From assembly GCA_040388645.1 (NCBI GenBank), contig JAZKBM010000007.1, positions 160,942-224,941 on the forward strand: 64,000 nt of DNA. Direction: 5' to 3'. Below are positions 46,981 to 56,415 of this stretch, one piece after another (within the stretch, counting starts at the first letter, position 1; every line of letters begins with the position of its first letter). The position numbers and the translations under genes are program-made. The notes below the pieces were generated by a model. That model was not told the origin of the DNA and did not search any database. It worked only from the letters and a program-made list of their open reading frames with translations. The stretch comes from Pseudomonadota bacterium. Lineage in GTDB: Bacteria; Pseudomonadota; Gammaproteobacteria; Burkholderiales; Sulfuriferulaceae.

Positions 46981-47150
46981 TCTTCTTCGGCTGATCTGCG
47001 GCGTTTGCGCCCCGGTGTGTCGAGAAGATAATAGATCAGTGCAATTAGCGCACCACCAATAACGAATACGCCGATGCCTTTGAGCAAGGATGGTGCAGTG
47101 GCTACCATCATGATCCAGATATAGGCGCAGGCAAACAATACAATGTACAT
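46977..47150 (-). CDS. Small two-helix membrane protein with a basic tail, hypothetical
   Basis: 57 codons from the ATG at 47150 (MYIVLFACAYIWIMMVATAPSLLKGIGVFVIGGALIALIYYLL...RKRRRSAEED). The longer 103-aa track ORF would overlap the rimO start. Confidence 0.3.
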   Translation of the reverse strand: MYIVLFACAYIWIMMVATAPSLLKGIGVFVIGGALIALIYYLLDTPGRKRRRSAEED

Positions 47151-47187
47151 GGGGACTCGGGTTTCCAAACACGGATAGATCGAACAG

Positions 47188-48501
47188 ATGACTAAAATTC
47201 CAAAAGTAGGTTTCGTTTCGCTGGGCTGCCCCAAGGCGACCTCCGACTCCGAACGTATTCTGACTGAATTGCGTGCCGAAGGGTACATTATTGCGCCGAA
47301 CTATAGCGACGCCGATCTGGTGGTGGTCAATACCTGCGGTTTTATTGACGCGGCGGTGGAAGAATCGCTTGAAGCCATCGGCGAGGCGCTGGCGGAAAAC
47401 GGCAAAGTGATTGTCACCGGCTGCCTGGGTGCCAAGGGTGACATCGTGCGCGAAACGCATCCACGCGTGCTGGCGGTAACCGGCCCGCATGCCACCGAGG
47501 CGGTGATGGAAGCCGTGCATACCCATCTGCCCAAGCCGCATGATCCTTATCTCGATCTGGTTCCTGCTCAGGGCATACGCCTGACCCCTGACCACTTCGC
47601 CTATCTGAAAATTTCCGAAGGCTGCAACCACCGCTGCACGTTCTGCATTATTCCTTCCATGCGCGGCGATCTGGTTAGCCGGCCCATCGGCGATGTCATG
47701 CAGGAGGCAGAAAATCTGGTCAACGCGGGTGTGAAAGAATTACTGGTCATTTCCCAGGATACCAGCGCCTACGGCGTGGACGTCAAATACCGCACCGGAT
47801 TCTGGAATGGCCGCCCATTGAAGACCCGCATGACCGAGCTTACCGCCGCGTTGTCGGAACTGGGTGTGTGGGTACGCCTGCATTATGTCTATCCTTATCC
47901 GCACGTGGATGAGGTCATCCCGATGATGGCCGCGGGCAAAATCCTGCCCTATCTGGATATTCCGTTTCAGCATGCCAGCCCGAAACTGCTCAAGGCCATG
48001 AAACGCCCGGCTGCCGCCGAGAACACCCTGGCACGCATCAAGGCCTGGCGCGAAATCTGTCCTGAACTGGTGATCCGCAGCACGTTCATCGCAGGCTTCC
48101 CCGGCGAGACGGAAGCAGATTTCCAGATGCTGCTGGATTTTCTTGAGGAAGCCCAACTGGATCGGGTGGGCTGCTTTACCTATTCCGCAGTGGAAGGCGC
48201 GACCGCCAATGCGCTGGCTGATCACGTTCCCGAACAGCTCAAGGAAGAACGCCGCGCACGCTTGATGGAACTGCAGGCCGACATCAGCGCCGATCGCCTT
48301 GCAGATCGTGTGGGCCAGACCATGACCGTGCTGGTGGACGAAATTGTCGAGGAGGGCGCGATTGCGCGTTCCTACGCCGATGCGCCGGAAATTGACGGCG
48401 TCGTGATCATCGAAAATCCGGTTGGCCTGGTACCAGGCGAGTTTGCCAAAGTGCGCATCACCGACAGCGGCGAACACGACCTCTGGGGCGAGGTGATTTG
48501 A
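47188..48501 (+). CDS. rimO: Ribosomal protein S12 methylthiotransferase
   Basis: 437 aa with an N-terminal MTTase domain ([16 protein letters not shown]), the radical-SAM motif CNHRCTFC, and a C-terminal TRAM domain. Confidence 0.95.
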   Translation: MTKIPKVGFVSLGCPKATSDSERILTELRAEGYIIAPNYSDADLVVVNTCGFIDAAVEESLEAIGEALAENGKVIVTGCLGAKGDIVRETHPRVLAVTGPHATEAVMEAVHTHLPKPHDPYLDLVPAQGIRLTPDHFAYLKISEGCNHRCTFCIIPSMRGDLVSRPIGDVMQEAENLVNAGVKELLVISQDTSAYGVDVKYRTGFWNGRPLKTRMTELTAALSELGVWVRLHYVYPYPHVDEVIPMMAAGKILPYLDIPFQHASPKLLKAMKRPAAAENTLARIKAWREICPELVIRSTFIAGFPGETEADFQMLLDFLEEAQLDRVGCFTYSAVEGATANALADHVPEQLKEERRARLMELQADISADRLADRVGQTMTVLVDEIVEEGAIARSYADAPEIDGVVIIENPVGLVPGEFAKVRITDSGEHDLWGEVI

Positions 48502-48505
48502 GGGC

Positions 48506-49936
48506 ATGCACACCTTCCTCTGGCACGACTATGAAACCTTCGGTATCGACCCGCGCAGTGATCGCCCGGCGCAGTTTGCCGCTATCCGTACTGATGCAGA
48601 ATTAAACGAAATCGGCACGGCGGTCATGACCTACTGCCGGCCCGCGCCGGATTACCTGCCCGACCCGCAATCCTGTCTGATTACCGGCATCACACCGCAG
48701 CTGTGCCTGGAGCGTGGCGTGCCCGAATACCAGTTCGCCAGCGAGATCGAGCATATGTTCAGCCAGCCCGGCACCATCGGCGTGGGTTACAACACCATCC
48801 GTTTCGACGATGAATTCACGCGTTTTATGCTGTGGCGCAATCTGGCCGATCCTTACGCGCGCGAGTGGCAAAACAACTGCGGGCGCTGGGACTTGCTCGA
48901 TGTGGTGCGCACCACCTACGCCTTGCGTCCTGAAGGCATCGTCTGGCCGACTAAAGAGGATGGCCGCCCGAGCTTCAAACTCGAACACCTGAGTGCTGCC
49001 AATGGCTTGGCCCACGCTGCCGCGCACGATGCGCTGTCCGATGTGCGTGCCACCATTGCGCTGGCGCAGCTGATCCGTCAGCGCCAGCCGCGCCTGTTTG
49101 ATTTTTGCTTCACTTTGCACAAAAAAGACGCAGTGGCCGATCAGATCAGCCTGCATGCACCGCGCCCGTTCCTGCATGTGTCCGGCATGGTACCGGCAGA
49201 GCGCGGCTGCCTGATGCTGGCGTGGCCGCTGGCGATGCATCCCACCAATAAAAACGAGGTGATCGTGTGGGATCTGGCGTTCGACCCCGCCGAACTGTTC
49301 GAACTCGATGCCACCAGCATCCGCACCCGCCTATTCACGGCCGCTGCTGCATTGCCCGAAGGCGTGAATCGACTGCCGATCAAGACCATCCATATCAACA
49401 AATCACCGGTCGTCATCAACAACCTCAACACGCTGACGCCAGCCATGGCCGAGCGCTGGGGCATGGATATCGCGACCGGCTTGCAATACGCCAGCCGCTT
49501 TGCCAATGCGCCCGATATGCAAACCATCTGGCGCGACGTATTTCAGCGCCCGGCTGCAGGTGCCGTGGATGTGGACGCGGATTTATACGGCGGCTTCGTC
49601 GGCAACAATGACCGCCGCGTGCTGAACCGGCTGCGCAGTCTGTCACCTGAACAACTTGCACATGCCCAACCCAGCTTCGACGACCCACGTCTGGAGGAGC
49701 TGTTGTTTCGTTACCGCGCGCGCAATTACCCCAGCACATTAAACGAAAGCGAAGCACAGCGTTGGCACGAGTACCGCGCCGCGCGCCTGTTCGAAGGCGC
49801 AGGTGGTGCACGCACGCTGGAGAAACTGTTCAACGAAATCGATACGCTGGCTGAAACTGCAGACGAGCGCGGCGAAACAATATTATCTGCGCTGTATGAC
49901 TACGCAGAAGCGATCGCGTCGGAAACTACTGGATAG
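48506..49936 (+). CDS. sbcB: Exodeoxyribonuclease I
   Basis: 476 aa. The N-terminus FLWHDYETFGIDPRSDRPAQFAAIRTD is the DnaQ-like exonuclease motif, and similarity to SbcB runs full length. Confidence 0.95.
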   Translation: MHTFLWHDYETFGIDPRSDRPAQFAAIRTDAELNEIGTAVMTYCRPAPDYLPDPQSCLITGITPQLCLERGVPEYQFASEIEHMFSQPGTIGVGYNTIRFDDEFTRFMLWRNLADPYAREWQNNCGRWDLLDVVRTTYALRPEGIVWPTKEDGRPSFKLEHLSAANGLAHAAAHDALSDVRATIALAQLIRQRQPRLFDFCFTLHKKDAVADQISLHAPRPFLHVSGMVPAERGCLMLAWPLAMHPTNKNEVIVWDLAFDPAELFELDATSIRTRLFTAAAALPEGVNRLPIKTIHINKSPVVINNLNTLTPAMAERWGMDIATGLQYASRFANAPDMQTIWRDVFQRPAAGAVDVDADLYGGFVGNNDRRVLNRLRSLSPEQLAHAQPSFDDPRLEELLFRYRARNYPSTLNESEAQRWHEYRAARLFEGAGGARTLEKLFNEIDTLAETADERGETILSALYDYAEAIASETTG

Positions 49937-50071
49937 ACCGCAGCGGCTGTTAACGCAGGGCTATCGAGTTGGTGATTTAATGGCTCAAATCGACCCTTAG
50001 CAGCCGGTCATGTTTCCAGAAAGCTGCCGTTCAACGTAGAAATTTTCAGTCCAATGAAAGTGCACTTGAGT

Positions 50072-51628
50072 CTATAAATGCAAACTAGCTAGCCAGACCT
50101 TACCTGGAACGATTCCAAGTGCCCCTTGTGCGATTCCAAGCGAGGCTCTGGCTGCCGCCAGCGGTCTCAAAGCTACGGCATTTTTGCGTAACCATTTTTG
50201 AGCGCCGCTGACTCCATCTGATCGGGTAAGTGCGGCCATTAGGGCCTGCACAGACCGAGCTTGCATTTCATCGTTGGCAATACTCCTAGCCATTTCTAGC
50301 CAGCTTGTTAAAACTTGCGGCGGCGGCGATTTGGCGGCAACAGCGACGATAATGGTTGCTTGAATGGCCGAATTTGGAATATTTCGCCAAGTTGCCTGGG
50401 CATCGCTATAAGAACCCTGGCGAGCTTCAGCAATTGCTAGTGCTTCAAGGGCACTCTGATAAAGCGGTGAACTATTAGATATGTCGTGATGCATCAAGCC
50501 AATTGCACGTCGCGCACCGGGTAGGTCAAGTCTTAGAGAGCAGGCCCTAGAAATTTCGCTAAGCATAAACTTGGCATCGGTTCCGGGCTTGTGGACAAGT
50601 TGAAGTGCCATATCGATATCTCCTATGTTCGCATATCCCCGTGCCACATTGAGCCAAGCAATCCAACACTGCTGATCGTTGTCCTGTCCATCACATTGCT
50701 TGGCAGCTGCATTTGTAGCCAGTTGAAGGGTGTTCTTGGAGAACTCTTTGTTTTTTGCGGCATTAGAAATCTGCACATACAAGCTAACCCTTTCCGCCGG
50801 TAAACTGACCTGCAACACCAAATTACGCGCCTTTTCTAAAGCGTTTATACGGATATAGACTTGGTCCTCTTGGAAAAGGTGTCCCGTATCTGAATATGTC
50901 ATGATTATGTCGTTGATTAACTGTTCCGCGGCACGTTGTTTCTTTCGTTTTCTCAGCTCGTCAATCAGCAAAAAGCGAGGATCATCTTCACTCTTCCAGA
51001 ACACCTTTGGGTCGGCCACAGCGCGTATCGCATCTGATAGCTCGGGGTGAGTAACTCCATATTCGATCAGATCATGAACATGCAACAACATGTCGGACGT
51101 CATGGGCTGGTCAAGATTTATCGGCTCAATCAAGTCTTTCACTTGTTGGCGACGCCCTTGATGTAAGTAAGCGAGAGCTAGCGCATAGCGAGCCTTCGCA
51201 AAAAACGAATCTTGATCCGTAAAATGTTCGATAAGCTTGGAAGATGATTCAATGTCTCCTTGTGCCGCATACTCAACCCCTAAGTGCCATTCGGCTTCTT
51301 TCTTTAGTTTAGGTGAATCAATCTGTTCAATTGCCTTTGCCGCCTCTTGTTTGCATCCTGCTGTGCCGAACGCAACAGCGATGTCTGGAATTAGCCGTGA
51401 AAAATCCGAACGCAAATCATCAAAGTCCGTCGCATTTTCAAATCCTATAGGGCCTATTTTTGGCAACTTCGTCGCCAAGTTTAGCGCCTCAAGCAATACT
51501 CCACGTATCTGGCTGTCACAGTTAGGGGTAGCAATTGGTGTAACTTGTGCAATACACAGTGGTGCCGCTACCACGGAAGTCAACACAGCCAGTGCCACGC
51601 AATGGATTACTCTGGAATAGGCTTTCAT
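50072..51628 (-). CDS. Secreted helical-repeat (TPR-like) protein, function unknown
   Basis: The start is taken at MKAYSRVIHCVALAVLTSVVAAPLCIAQ, a signal peptide. The body is alpha-helical repeat-like (ALALAYLHQGRRQQ, ARGYANIGDIDMAL, AIAEARQGSYSDAQ). It lies in AT-rich DNA. Confidence 0.5.
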   Translation of the reverse strand: MKAYSRVIHCVALAVLTSVVAAPLCIAQVTPIATPNCDSQIRGVLLEALNLATKLPKIGPIGFENATDFDDLRSDFSRLIPDIAVAFGTAGCKQEAAKAIEQIDSPKLKKEAEWHLGVEYAAQGDIESSSKLIEHFTDQDSFFAKARYALALAYLHQGRRQQVKDLIEPINLDQPMTSDMLLHVHDLIEYGVTHPELSDAIRAVADPKVFWKSEDDPRFLLIDELRKRKKQRAAEQLINDIIMTYSDTGHLFQEDQVYIRINALEKARNLVLQVSLPAERVSLYVQISNAAKNKEFSKNTLQLATNAAAKQCDGQDNDQQCWIAWLNVARGYANIGDIDMALQLVHKPGTDAKFMLSEISRACSLRLDLPGARRAIGLMHHDISNSSPLYQSALEALAIAEARQGSYSDAQATWRNIPNSAIQATIIVAVAAKSPPPQVLTSWLEMARSIANDEMQARSVQALMAALTRSDGVSGAQKWLRKNAVALRPLAAARASLGIAQGALGIVPGKVWLASLHL

Positions 51629-51796
51629 GACTTCACCAAGGCCCTCGTTTAACAATGAAGCATCGTGCATTTATTTAAAATGGATGGCAAGCGCGACCGT
51701 CGGCTTATGGAACGTTGCGGTCCTTGGCGAACGGCAGCTACCTGGCAACCGAATCATCGAGATTTCCAAAAACAGGCCAATCAATAAAGGTCGCAA

Positions 51797-52888
51797 TTAT
51801 CCACCAAGGCAATTTGACACGATGAAATTGACAAGTTCTTGCTTACTTACTTCATGGTTAATTTTGTCCATCTTAAAATGGCCTACCATATCGTCATTGC
51901 ATATCATGACCTTAGTTAATTTTCCTTTTGTTGATAAAGAACAAATCCCGCCATAACCGTTTTCCCCATCTCTAACCCCAGTTGGAACATCCACCAATAC
52001 ATTGCATTGAACTATCTTACCGCCTAGCTTCATATTTTTAATATCAGCATTAAATGATTCATTTCTTTGGTTATTTTCACCAATCTGAAGGGCAGTATGA
52101 TTCCACGTATTTACTGTAATGCCTCTGAGATAAATATCTGGGAATTTGAATGTTTGAAAATGAACGTTTTGACTGAGTTCGAATATTCTATGTTCGTAGG
52201 TTTGCTTCAAACACGAAATATCATTGCAATTTCCCCGTGCTTTCTTCAGCCACTTTTTCTGGTCTTCCCTCAACATGTTCGCTTCTTCAATACTATATTT
52301 CGCTAAGGCAGCTTTATAAAATATTTCAAGCTTTGAATCTAACGCAGAAAGTATTTGATCTCCACAAATCAATTTCTCAATATTTGAGTTTGCTTTTTCA
52401 CAGTCAAAGCGGGCTTTGGCAACTTCTGCATGCACTGGCAAGGTAATTTTGCCATCTAGCGACTGCCATTGCCCAGACATGACATCCCCTGTGCAGCTTA
52501 TATCTAGCGCCCCTGTACTTGCATAGGTTTTTTGACCCAGCTTGGGATTCATTGTATCTGTCCCAGTTTGCCATTTATCTACCAGATTATCGTTCTCGGG
52601 CCATTGACTTGTTCTGCCCTGTTTATTTTGAGGTGAAGGAAGATTATTAATATCTGTGAGGCCATAATATTCCAGACTCGGAATGGCGAAATAGCTACCC
52701 CTATGAAAATGAGTGTGTGAGTCGGATAAATAATCCTCAAATTCAATGAATACTGGAGTATTGCTTATCATTCCTTTCCATGAATGAAACATGCAGCTTT
52801 CTTGGGTTGTTTCGGCATGAGCTGCTGACAACAGTATTAATGAGTATAGAAACCCCCATACGATTCGTTTCATACAAACCTTTTTCAA
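51797..52888 (-). CDS. Secreted protein with a DUF1311/LprI-like domain
   Basis: It has a signal peptide (LILLSAAHAETT). The central segment CEKANSNIEKLICGDQILSALDSKLEIFYKAAL...EDQKKWLKKARGNC...C matches the cysteine and helix pattern of DUF1311. It lies in AT-rich DNA. Confidence 0.55.
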   Translation of the reverse strand: MKKVCMKRIVWGFLYSLILLSAAHAETTQESCMFHSWKGMISNTPVFIEFEDYLSDSHTHFHRGSYFAIPSLEYYGLTDINNLPSPQNKQGRTSQWPENDNLVDKWQTGTDTMNPKLGQKTYASTGALDISCTGDVMSGQWQSLDGKITLPVHAEVAKARFDCEKANSNIEKLICGDQILSALDSKLEIFYKAALAKYSIEEANMLREDQKKWLKKARGNCNDISCLKQTYEHRIFELSQNVHFQTFKFPDIYLRGITVNTWNHTALQIGENNQRNESFNADIKNMKLGGKIVQCNVLVDVPTGVRDGENGYGGICSLSTKGKLTKVMICNDDMVGHFKMDKINHEVSKQELVNFIVSNCLGG

Positions 52889-53349
52889 TGCTGAAACTCA
52901 TAATTGGTGACCGCCCATGAATGACTAATTATGGTCGATTGTTGCTAGTCACGACTGCCTGCTTTCTTGCTGGATATTTTACACCTCGACCTGCTGCTAC
53001 CGGCACAACTGAGACATTCAGGACCACGGCTGGAGCCCCATTGAAGCACGGTTGCTTTACCCATCAATTATAAAATTGGATGCCTGAATCTACCGGGGTG
53101 TACTACTTCCTGGCTCTCGTTTACTTGCTCCTGTTCCAAACGTTCTCTTCATGCCAGCCTATCGTTCCAAGCCGATGAATATCATCCTTCGTTGTATACA
53201 ACGTAGCACTACATTGGTGCGGGGTTGCCAATGGATGCATCATTCATGGGCGTCATGGTTGTCAGGCGCATCCTGCGCAGGAATGTAAATTGTAAATAAA
53301 TCACATAACATTCAATTGATTGGATCAATAACCTGAATTAAATTGAGAT

Positions 53350-53365
53350 TGGCATCTAACTTGCT
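53350..53365 (+). promoter_or_regulatory. Sigma-54 (-24/-12) promoter upstream of urtA
   Basis: TGGCAT-ctaac-TTGCT fits the consensus TGGCAC-N5-TTGCW, with the GG and GC dinucleotides correctly spaced. It lies about 115 nt upstream of the urtA ATG. Confidence 0.6.
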
Positions 53366-53479
53366 AATTGGTTGGGCAGCATAGCTCAGGGACCATCGAG
53401 GCGATGGGCATTAAAACCCCAAACATGCTGTGTATGCGATGCAGTAAAAATCAAGTTGCCAACTTTAAGGAGATGCAGG

Positions 53480-54736
53480 ATGGACAATCAACGTCGCAAG
53501 TTTTTAGGCACCATGGGTGCGATCACGGCAGGTACGTTGCTGGCAGGTAATCACTTCGCATTTGCGGCTGACAAATCCCCCATCAAAATAGGGGTGTTGC
53601 ATTCGCTATCCGGCACCATGGCGATTTCGGAGAGCGCGCTCAAGGATGTGGTTTTGATGACCGTTGAGCAGATCAATGCCAGCGGCGGCGTGATGGGCCG
53701 CATGATTGAACCTGTGGTGGTCGATCCTGCTTCCAACTGGCCGCTTTTTGCAGAAAAGGCACGTCAGTTACTCACCAAGGACAAGGTTGCGGTGGTGTTC
53801 GGTTGCTGGACTTCAGTGTCGCGCAAATCAGTGCTGCCGGTATTCGAAGAGCTTAACGGGCTGTTGTTTTATCCAGTGCAGTACGAAGGTGAAGAGTTGT
53901 CGCAGAATGTGTTTTACACCGGCGCCGCGCCTAACCAGCAGGCCATCCCGGCGGTGGAATATCTGATGAGCAAGGATGGCGGCGGTGCCAAGCGTTTCTT
54001 CCTGCTCGGCACGGATTATGTCTATCCGCGTACCACCAATAAAATCCTGCGTGCCTTCCTCAAATCCAAAGGCGTGAAAGAAACCGATATTGCGGAGGTG
54101 TACACCCCATTCGGCCACAGCGATTATCAAACCATCGTTGCCAACATCAAGAAATTTGCCGGCGGTGGCAAGACCACGGTGATCTCCACCATCAATGGTG
54201 ATTCCAATGTGCCGTTCTACAAGGAACTCGGTAACCAGGGCCTGAAGGCCACGGATGTGCCGGTCATGGCGTTCTCGGTCGCAGAACAGGAGTTGGCGGG
54301 TATGGATACCAAGCCGCTGGTGGGGCACCTGGCTGCGTGGAACTACTTTGAATCGGTTAAATCGCCGGTCAATACGACCTTCGTCAAGATGTGGAAGGAC
54401 TACGTCAAGAAGAAGGGCCTGAAGGATTTCCCGGTCACCGACGATCCGATGGAAGCCACTTATGTCGGTATCCATATGTGGAAGCAGGCAGTCGAAAAAG
54501 CGCATTCTGATGCGGTGGACAAAGTGCGCATCGCCATGGCCGGGCAAACTTTCAAGGCGCCGTCCGGATTTACGCTGGAAATGGACAAGACCAACCATCA
54601 TCTGCACAAGCCGGTCATGATCGGTGAAATCCGTGGAGACGGGCAATTCAATGTGGTGTGGAAAACACCAACAACCATCCGTGCACAGCCATGGAGTCCG
54701 TACATCGCGGGCAATGAGGGCAAACAAAAGCTGTAA
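53480..54736 (+). CDS. urtA: Urea ABC transporter substrate-binding protein
   Basis: The start is at MDNQRRKFLGTMGAITAGTLLAGNHFAFA, a Tat-type signal with AAGGAG 7 nt upstream. The body is of the LivK/UrtA type, and the gene is first in a urtABCDE set. Confidence 0.9.
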   Translation: MDNQRRKFLGTMGAITAGTLLAGNHFAFAADKSPIKIGVLHSLSGTMAISESALKDVVLMTVEQINASGGVMGRMIEPVVVDPASNWPLFAEKARQLLTKDKVAVVFGCWTSVSRKSVLPVFEELNGLLFYPVQYEGEELSQNVFYTGAAPNQQAIPAVEYLMSKDGGGAKRFFLLGTDYVYPRTTNKILRAFLKSKGVKETDIAEVYTPFGHSDYQTIVANIKKFAGGGKTTVISTINGDSNVPFYKELGNQGLKATDVPVMAFSVAEQELAGMDTKPLVGHLAAWNYFESVKSPVNTTFVKMWKDYVKKKGLKDFPVTDDPMEATYVGIHMWKQAVEKAHSDAVDKVRIAMAGQTFKAPSGFTLEMDKTNHHLHKPVMIGEIRGDGQFNVVWKTPTTIRAQPWSPYIAGNEGKQKL

Positions 54737-54810
54737 TCGAGTGTGGGTGATACCACGCAATGCTCCCCGCGGGAATTCGTTCTCGCGGCATTCATTCCGA
54801 AAGTTTGTCT

Positions 54811-56412
54811 ATGACACGTAGTGCCATCTACCTGTGTTGCGTTCTGCTCGCCTTGTTGAGCTGGCCTGCACATGCTGCACTTGATGCAAGCCAGCTGAGC
54901 AAGCTCGCGGCCGATGACAATGATGCCAAAGTGGCGGTGGTGAAATACCTGACCAGCCATCCCAGCCCGGAGGCGCAAGCGGTTCTCAACGCAATGACCG
55001 ATGATGCGCTGTATCAGGATCATGGTCGCTTGCTGATTGTGCGCGATGACAAGGCGATTGACGCAGCGACATTGCAGCCACTGGGCCCGGTACCGGACAG
55101 CGCAGAATCCATCATTGTGAATAACCGGTTGCGAGGCGCAGTGGAGGGCGCGCTGTCTGCATTCAGGCTTTTTTCCAAAGATCTTGCGATGCGGCTCACT
55201 GCCGCCCGTAATGTAAAGCAGGATCCGCGTCCTGAACAGTTGCCGCTGATACAGCAAGCGCTGGCGAAGGAAACCAACAAGGAAATCCGTGAAGATTTGT
55301 TGCTGGCGCAGGCCAGCATACAGATCAGCAGTCCCGACGAAGCCGAGCGCCTGGCTGCGGTCAAGATACTCGGTGCCACCAATAATCTGGAAGTGCGTAC
55401 CAAGCTGGCTGCGATGCTCATCCAGAACAATGGTCAATACAACGAGGCGAGCCCGGTGGTACGCGCCGCAGCGCAGCAGGCTTTGAAAAGCATTGATTTG
55501 CGCATCAGCCTGGCGCGTGCGGCTGCCAGTCTGTTTTCCGGCTTGAGTCTGGGTAGCGTGCTGTTACTGGCTGCACTCGGCCTGGCGATCACCTACGGCG
55601 TCATGGGTGTGATCAATATGGCGCATGGCGAACTGTTGATGGTTGGGGCGTATGCCACGTATTTCGTGCAGAGCTGGTTTAAAACACATTTCCCTCAGTA
55701 CTTTGACGGGTATGTGCTGGCTGCATTGCCCGTTGCATTTCTGGCTGCGGCCGGGGTGGGCATGCTGATGGAGCGGCTGGTGATCCGCAAGCTGTATGGA
55801 CGGCCGCTGGAAACACTGCTGGCAACCTGGGGCATCAGTCTGGTGCTGATTCAACTGGCGCGCGTCAGCTTCGGCGCGCAGAACGTCGATGTGGCAAACC
55901 CGAGCTGGTTATCCGGCGGGATCGAAATTATCCAGGACGTGGTATTGCCGTGGAATCGCATCATCATTCTGGGCTTCTCCATGGCGGTATTGATCTTCAT
56001 GAGTTTCCTGCTGTCGCGTACCCGGCTGGGGCTGTTCATGCGTGCGGTGACGCAAAATCGTGCCATGGCCGGTGCGCTGGGCGTGCCGACCGGCAGGGTC
56101 GATACATTGGCATTCGGACTGGGGGCTGGTATCGCCGGACTGGGTGGTGTGGCCTTATCGCAGATCAGCAACGTGGGGCCGGACATGGGGCAGGGTTACA
56201 TTGTGGATTCGTTCATGGTGGTCGTGCTCGGTGGTGTCGGGCAGATTGCCGGTACGGTTTACGCTGCGCTGGGTCTGGGCATCGTCAACAAACTGCTGGA
56301 ATCCTGGTCAGGCGCGGTGATCGCAAAAATTGTCGTGCTGGTCTTCATCATCCTGTTCATACAAAAACGCCCGCAGGGTCTGTTCGCCCTCAAGGGCCGC
56401 TCGGTGGATTGA
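54811..56412 (+). CDS. urtB: Urea ABC transporter permease UrtB with an N-terminal periplasmic extension of about 240 aa
   Basis: A signal peptide (MTRSAIYLCCVLLALLSWPAHA) is followed by a helical-repeat region and then a branched-chain-type permease core (ITYGVMGVINMAHGE...). Confidence 0.9.
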   Translation: MTRSAIYLCCVLLALLSWPAHAALDASQLSKLAADDNDAKVAVVKYLTSHPSPEAQAVLNAMTDDALYQDHGRLLIVRDDKAIDAATLQPLGPVPDSAESIIVNNRLRGAVEGALSAFRLFSKDLAMRLTAARNVKQDPRPEQLPLIQQALAKETNKEIREDLLLAQASIQISSPDEAERLAAVKILGATNNLEVRTKLAAMLIQNNGQYNEASPVVRAAAQQALKSIDLRISLARAAASLFSGLSLGSVLLLAALGLAITYGVMGVINMAHGELLMVGAYATYFVQSWFKTHFPQYFDGYVLAALPVAFLAAAGVGMLMERLVIRKLYGRPLETLLATWGISLVLIQLARVSFGAQNVDVANPSWLSGGIEIIQDVVLPWNRIIILGFSMAVLIFMSFLLSRTRLGLFMRAVTQNRAMAGALGVPTGRVDTLAFGLGAGIAGLGGVALSQISNVGPDMGQGYIVDSFMVVVLGGVGQIAGTVYAALGLGIVNKLLESWSGAVIAKIVVLVFIILFIQKRPQGLFALKGRSVD

Positions 56413-56415
56413 GAC

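Noticed and set aside
46441-47631. 396-aa reverse-strand ORF spanning the ZIP transporter 3' end, the small membrane ORF and the rimO 5' end
   Set aside because: It is antisense to two confidently identified genes. Its composition is Arg/Gly/His-rich and low-complexity, typical of shadow ORFs in GC-rich coding DNA. I recognise no domain.
47740-48513. 257-aa reverse-strand ORF
   Set aside because: It lies entirely antisense to rimO and has no recognisable motifs, so it is a shadow ORF.
53828-55437. Two overlapping reverse-strand ORFs (310 aa and 279 aa)
   Set aside because: They are antisense to urtA and urtB, have an Arg/His-rich composition and show no family resemblance.
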